From positions 1-63,713 of the forward strand of contig CAVCDR010000034.1 of NCBI GenBank assembly GCA_963601025.1: 63,713 nucleotides of DNA, written 5' to 3'. The notes under the pieces were generated by a model that was given only the letters and a program-made list of their open reading frames with translations, was not told where the DNA came from and did not search any database. Below are positions 63,032 through 63,713 of the stretch, piece after piece. The stretch comes from Agathobacter sp. GTDB taxonomy: Bacteria; Bacillota_I; Bacilli_A; Erysipelotrichales; Erysipelotrichaceae. The position numbers were made by a program, and so were the translations under genes. Position 1 is the stretch's first letter; each line of letters opens with the position of its first letter.

Positions 63032-63713
63032 CACACATCCTAATTAAAACACCCTTATTACTCTTATAGTAATAAGCTTCATCATCTCTTAAATCTTCCT
63101 TTCTATTTACATAAAATAATCTTTGATTAAATAAGCCCTCACCTAACCAAATATAGCGTACACAGTCCTTTCTTATTAAGTCATTGTTGTATAAATATAC
63201 TGATATATTATTAAAATCTTTATACATGTCCTTATATTTATTAATTAGTTCATCATTGTAAGAACTAATAATAATCTCCTCATTATTGTTTAAATAGATA
63301 TTTTCTCTACTTGCCATATTTATACCAAGTAAACATTTATTTAAGTAAGCTTCAAACTTAATCACTTTAGGAATCTTATTGATAATCGAAGCATATTGAC
63401 TAACTTCTTTTTTAAATTCTTCAATCACACATGGTACAAAACTAATTAGTTCTTCACTTAAAAAGAATGACTTTCCTGCATAATTTGAGGAAGAAGAGAA
63501 GATATTGAGTAGATCTTGGCGATCATTTATTTCGATTGCGTACTTACTTTTAAAACTATTTAACAACTTGAAATTGACATTCGAACTAGTTGACAAAGCT
63601 ATAACATTAATATTAGACGAAGTACTTCTTCTAATAATTTGATACAAGTAATTTTGATATTCCTCATTATAGGCAAATAAACAATTTATGTCTTCAATAA
63701 CTAAACTTATAGG
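63024..63713 (-). CDS. C-terminal part of an FtsK/SpoIIIE-family (EssC-like) protein; 5' end outside the window
   Basis: The frame is open from the window edge (PISLVIEDINCLFAYNEE...); the track start is an internal TTG. A Walker-B-like LVIED is followed by NINVIALSTS. A further degenerate domain onset, IPKVIKF...LLGINMASRENIYL...EEIIISS, lacks a Walker A. Confidence 0.4.
   Translation of the reverse strand, partial: PISLVIEDINCLFAYNEEYQNYLYQIIRRSTSSNINVIALSTSSNVNFKLLNSFKSKYAIEINDRQDLLNIFSSSSNYAGKSFFLSEELISFVPCVIEEFKKEVSQYASIINKIPKVIKFEAYLNKCLLGINMASRENIYLNNNEEIIISSYNDELINKYKDMYKDFNNISVYLYNNDLIRKDCVRYIWLGEGLFNQRLFYVNRKEDLRDDEAYYYKSNKGVLIRMCDE

Overview
AT-rich chromosomal segment from a low-GC Bacillota (Firmicutes) genome, possibly Erysipelotrichia-like, using the standard bacterial code (TGA is a stop). 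It is gene-dense and mostly housekeeping. Familiar Firmicute blocks are present: gpmI, upp, lgt/hprK/uvrA, ung, jag-yidC-rnpA-rpmH, nagB, metNIQ, scpAB, rpiB, ridA, leuS, a licT-controlled beta-glucoside PTS operon, ytqA/ytqB, pepP, thiI-nifZ-ezrA, rpsD, gmk and rqcH. I support about 60 CDS, one tRNA-Ser(CGA), two T-box leaders (Met, Leu), one RAT antiterminator/terminator, several intrinsic terminators and one small IS remnant with terminal inverted repeats. I saw no rRNA, CRISPR array, integrase or reverse transcriptase. Two genes are not represented properly in the ORF track. One is a 955-codon secreted beta-helix protein running off the left edge (1..2867, minus). The other is rpmH (44 aa). 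Several track ORFs carry false 5' extensions into T-box leaders or onto upstream TTG/GTG codons. The best candidates for something new are these. (1) At the right edge, an EssC-like ATPase tail is translationally coupled to a YukD/EsaB-like 77-aa protein and followed by an 865-aa membrane-anchored GH73-type peptidoglycan hydrolase. (2) A 2-enoate-reductase/FadH-family flavo-Fe-S enzyme appears to be the last gene of the beta-glucoside PTS operon. (3) A strongly acidic 143-aa unknown is translationally coupled to ung. (4) A PTS EIICB-like protein has lost every catalytic signature. (5) An orphan AlbA_2/HTH gene sits behind a triple operator-like repeat. All functional calls come from motif reading by eye; no database search was possible.
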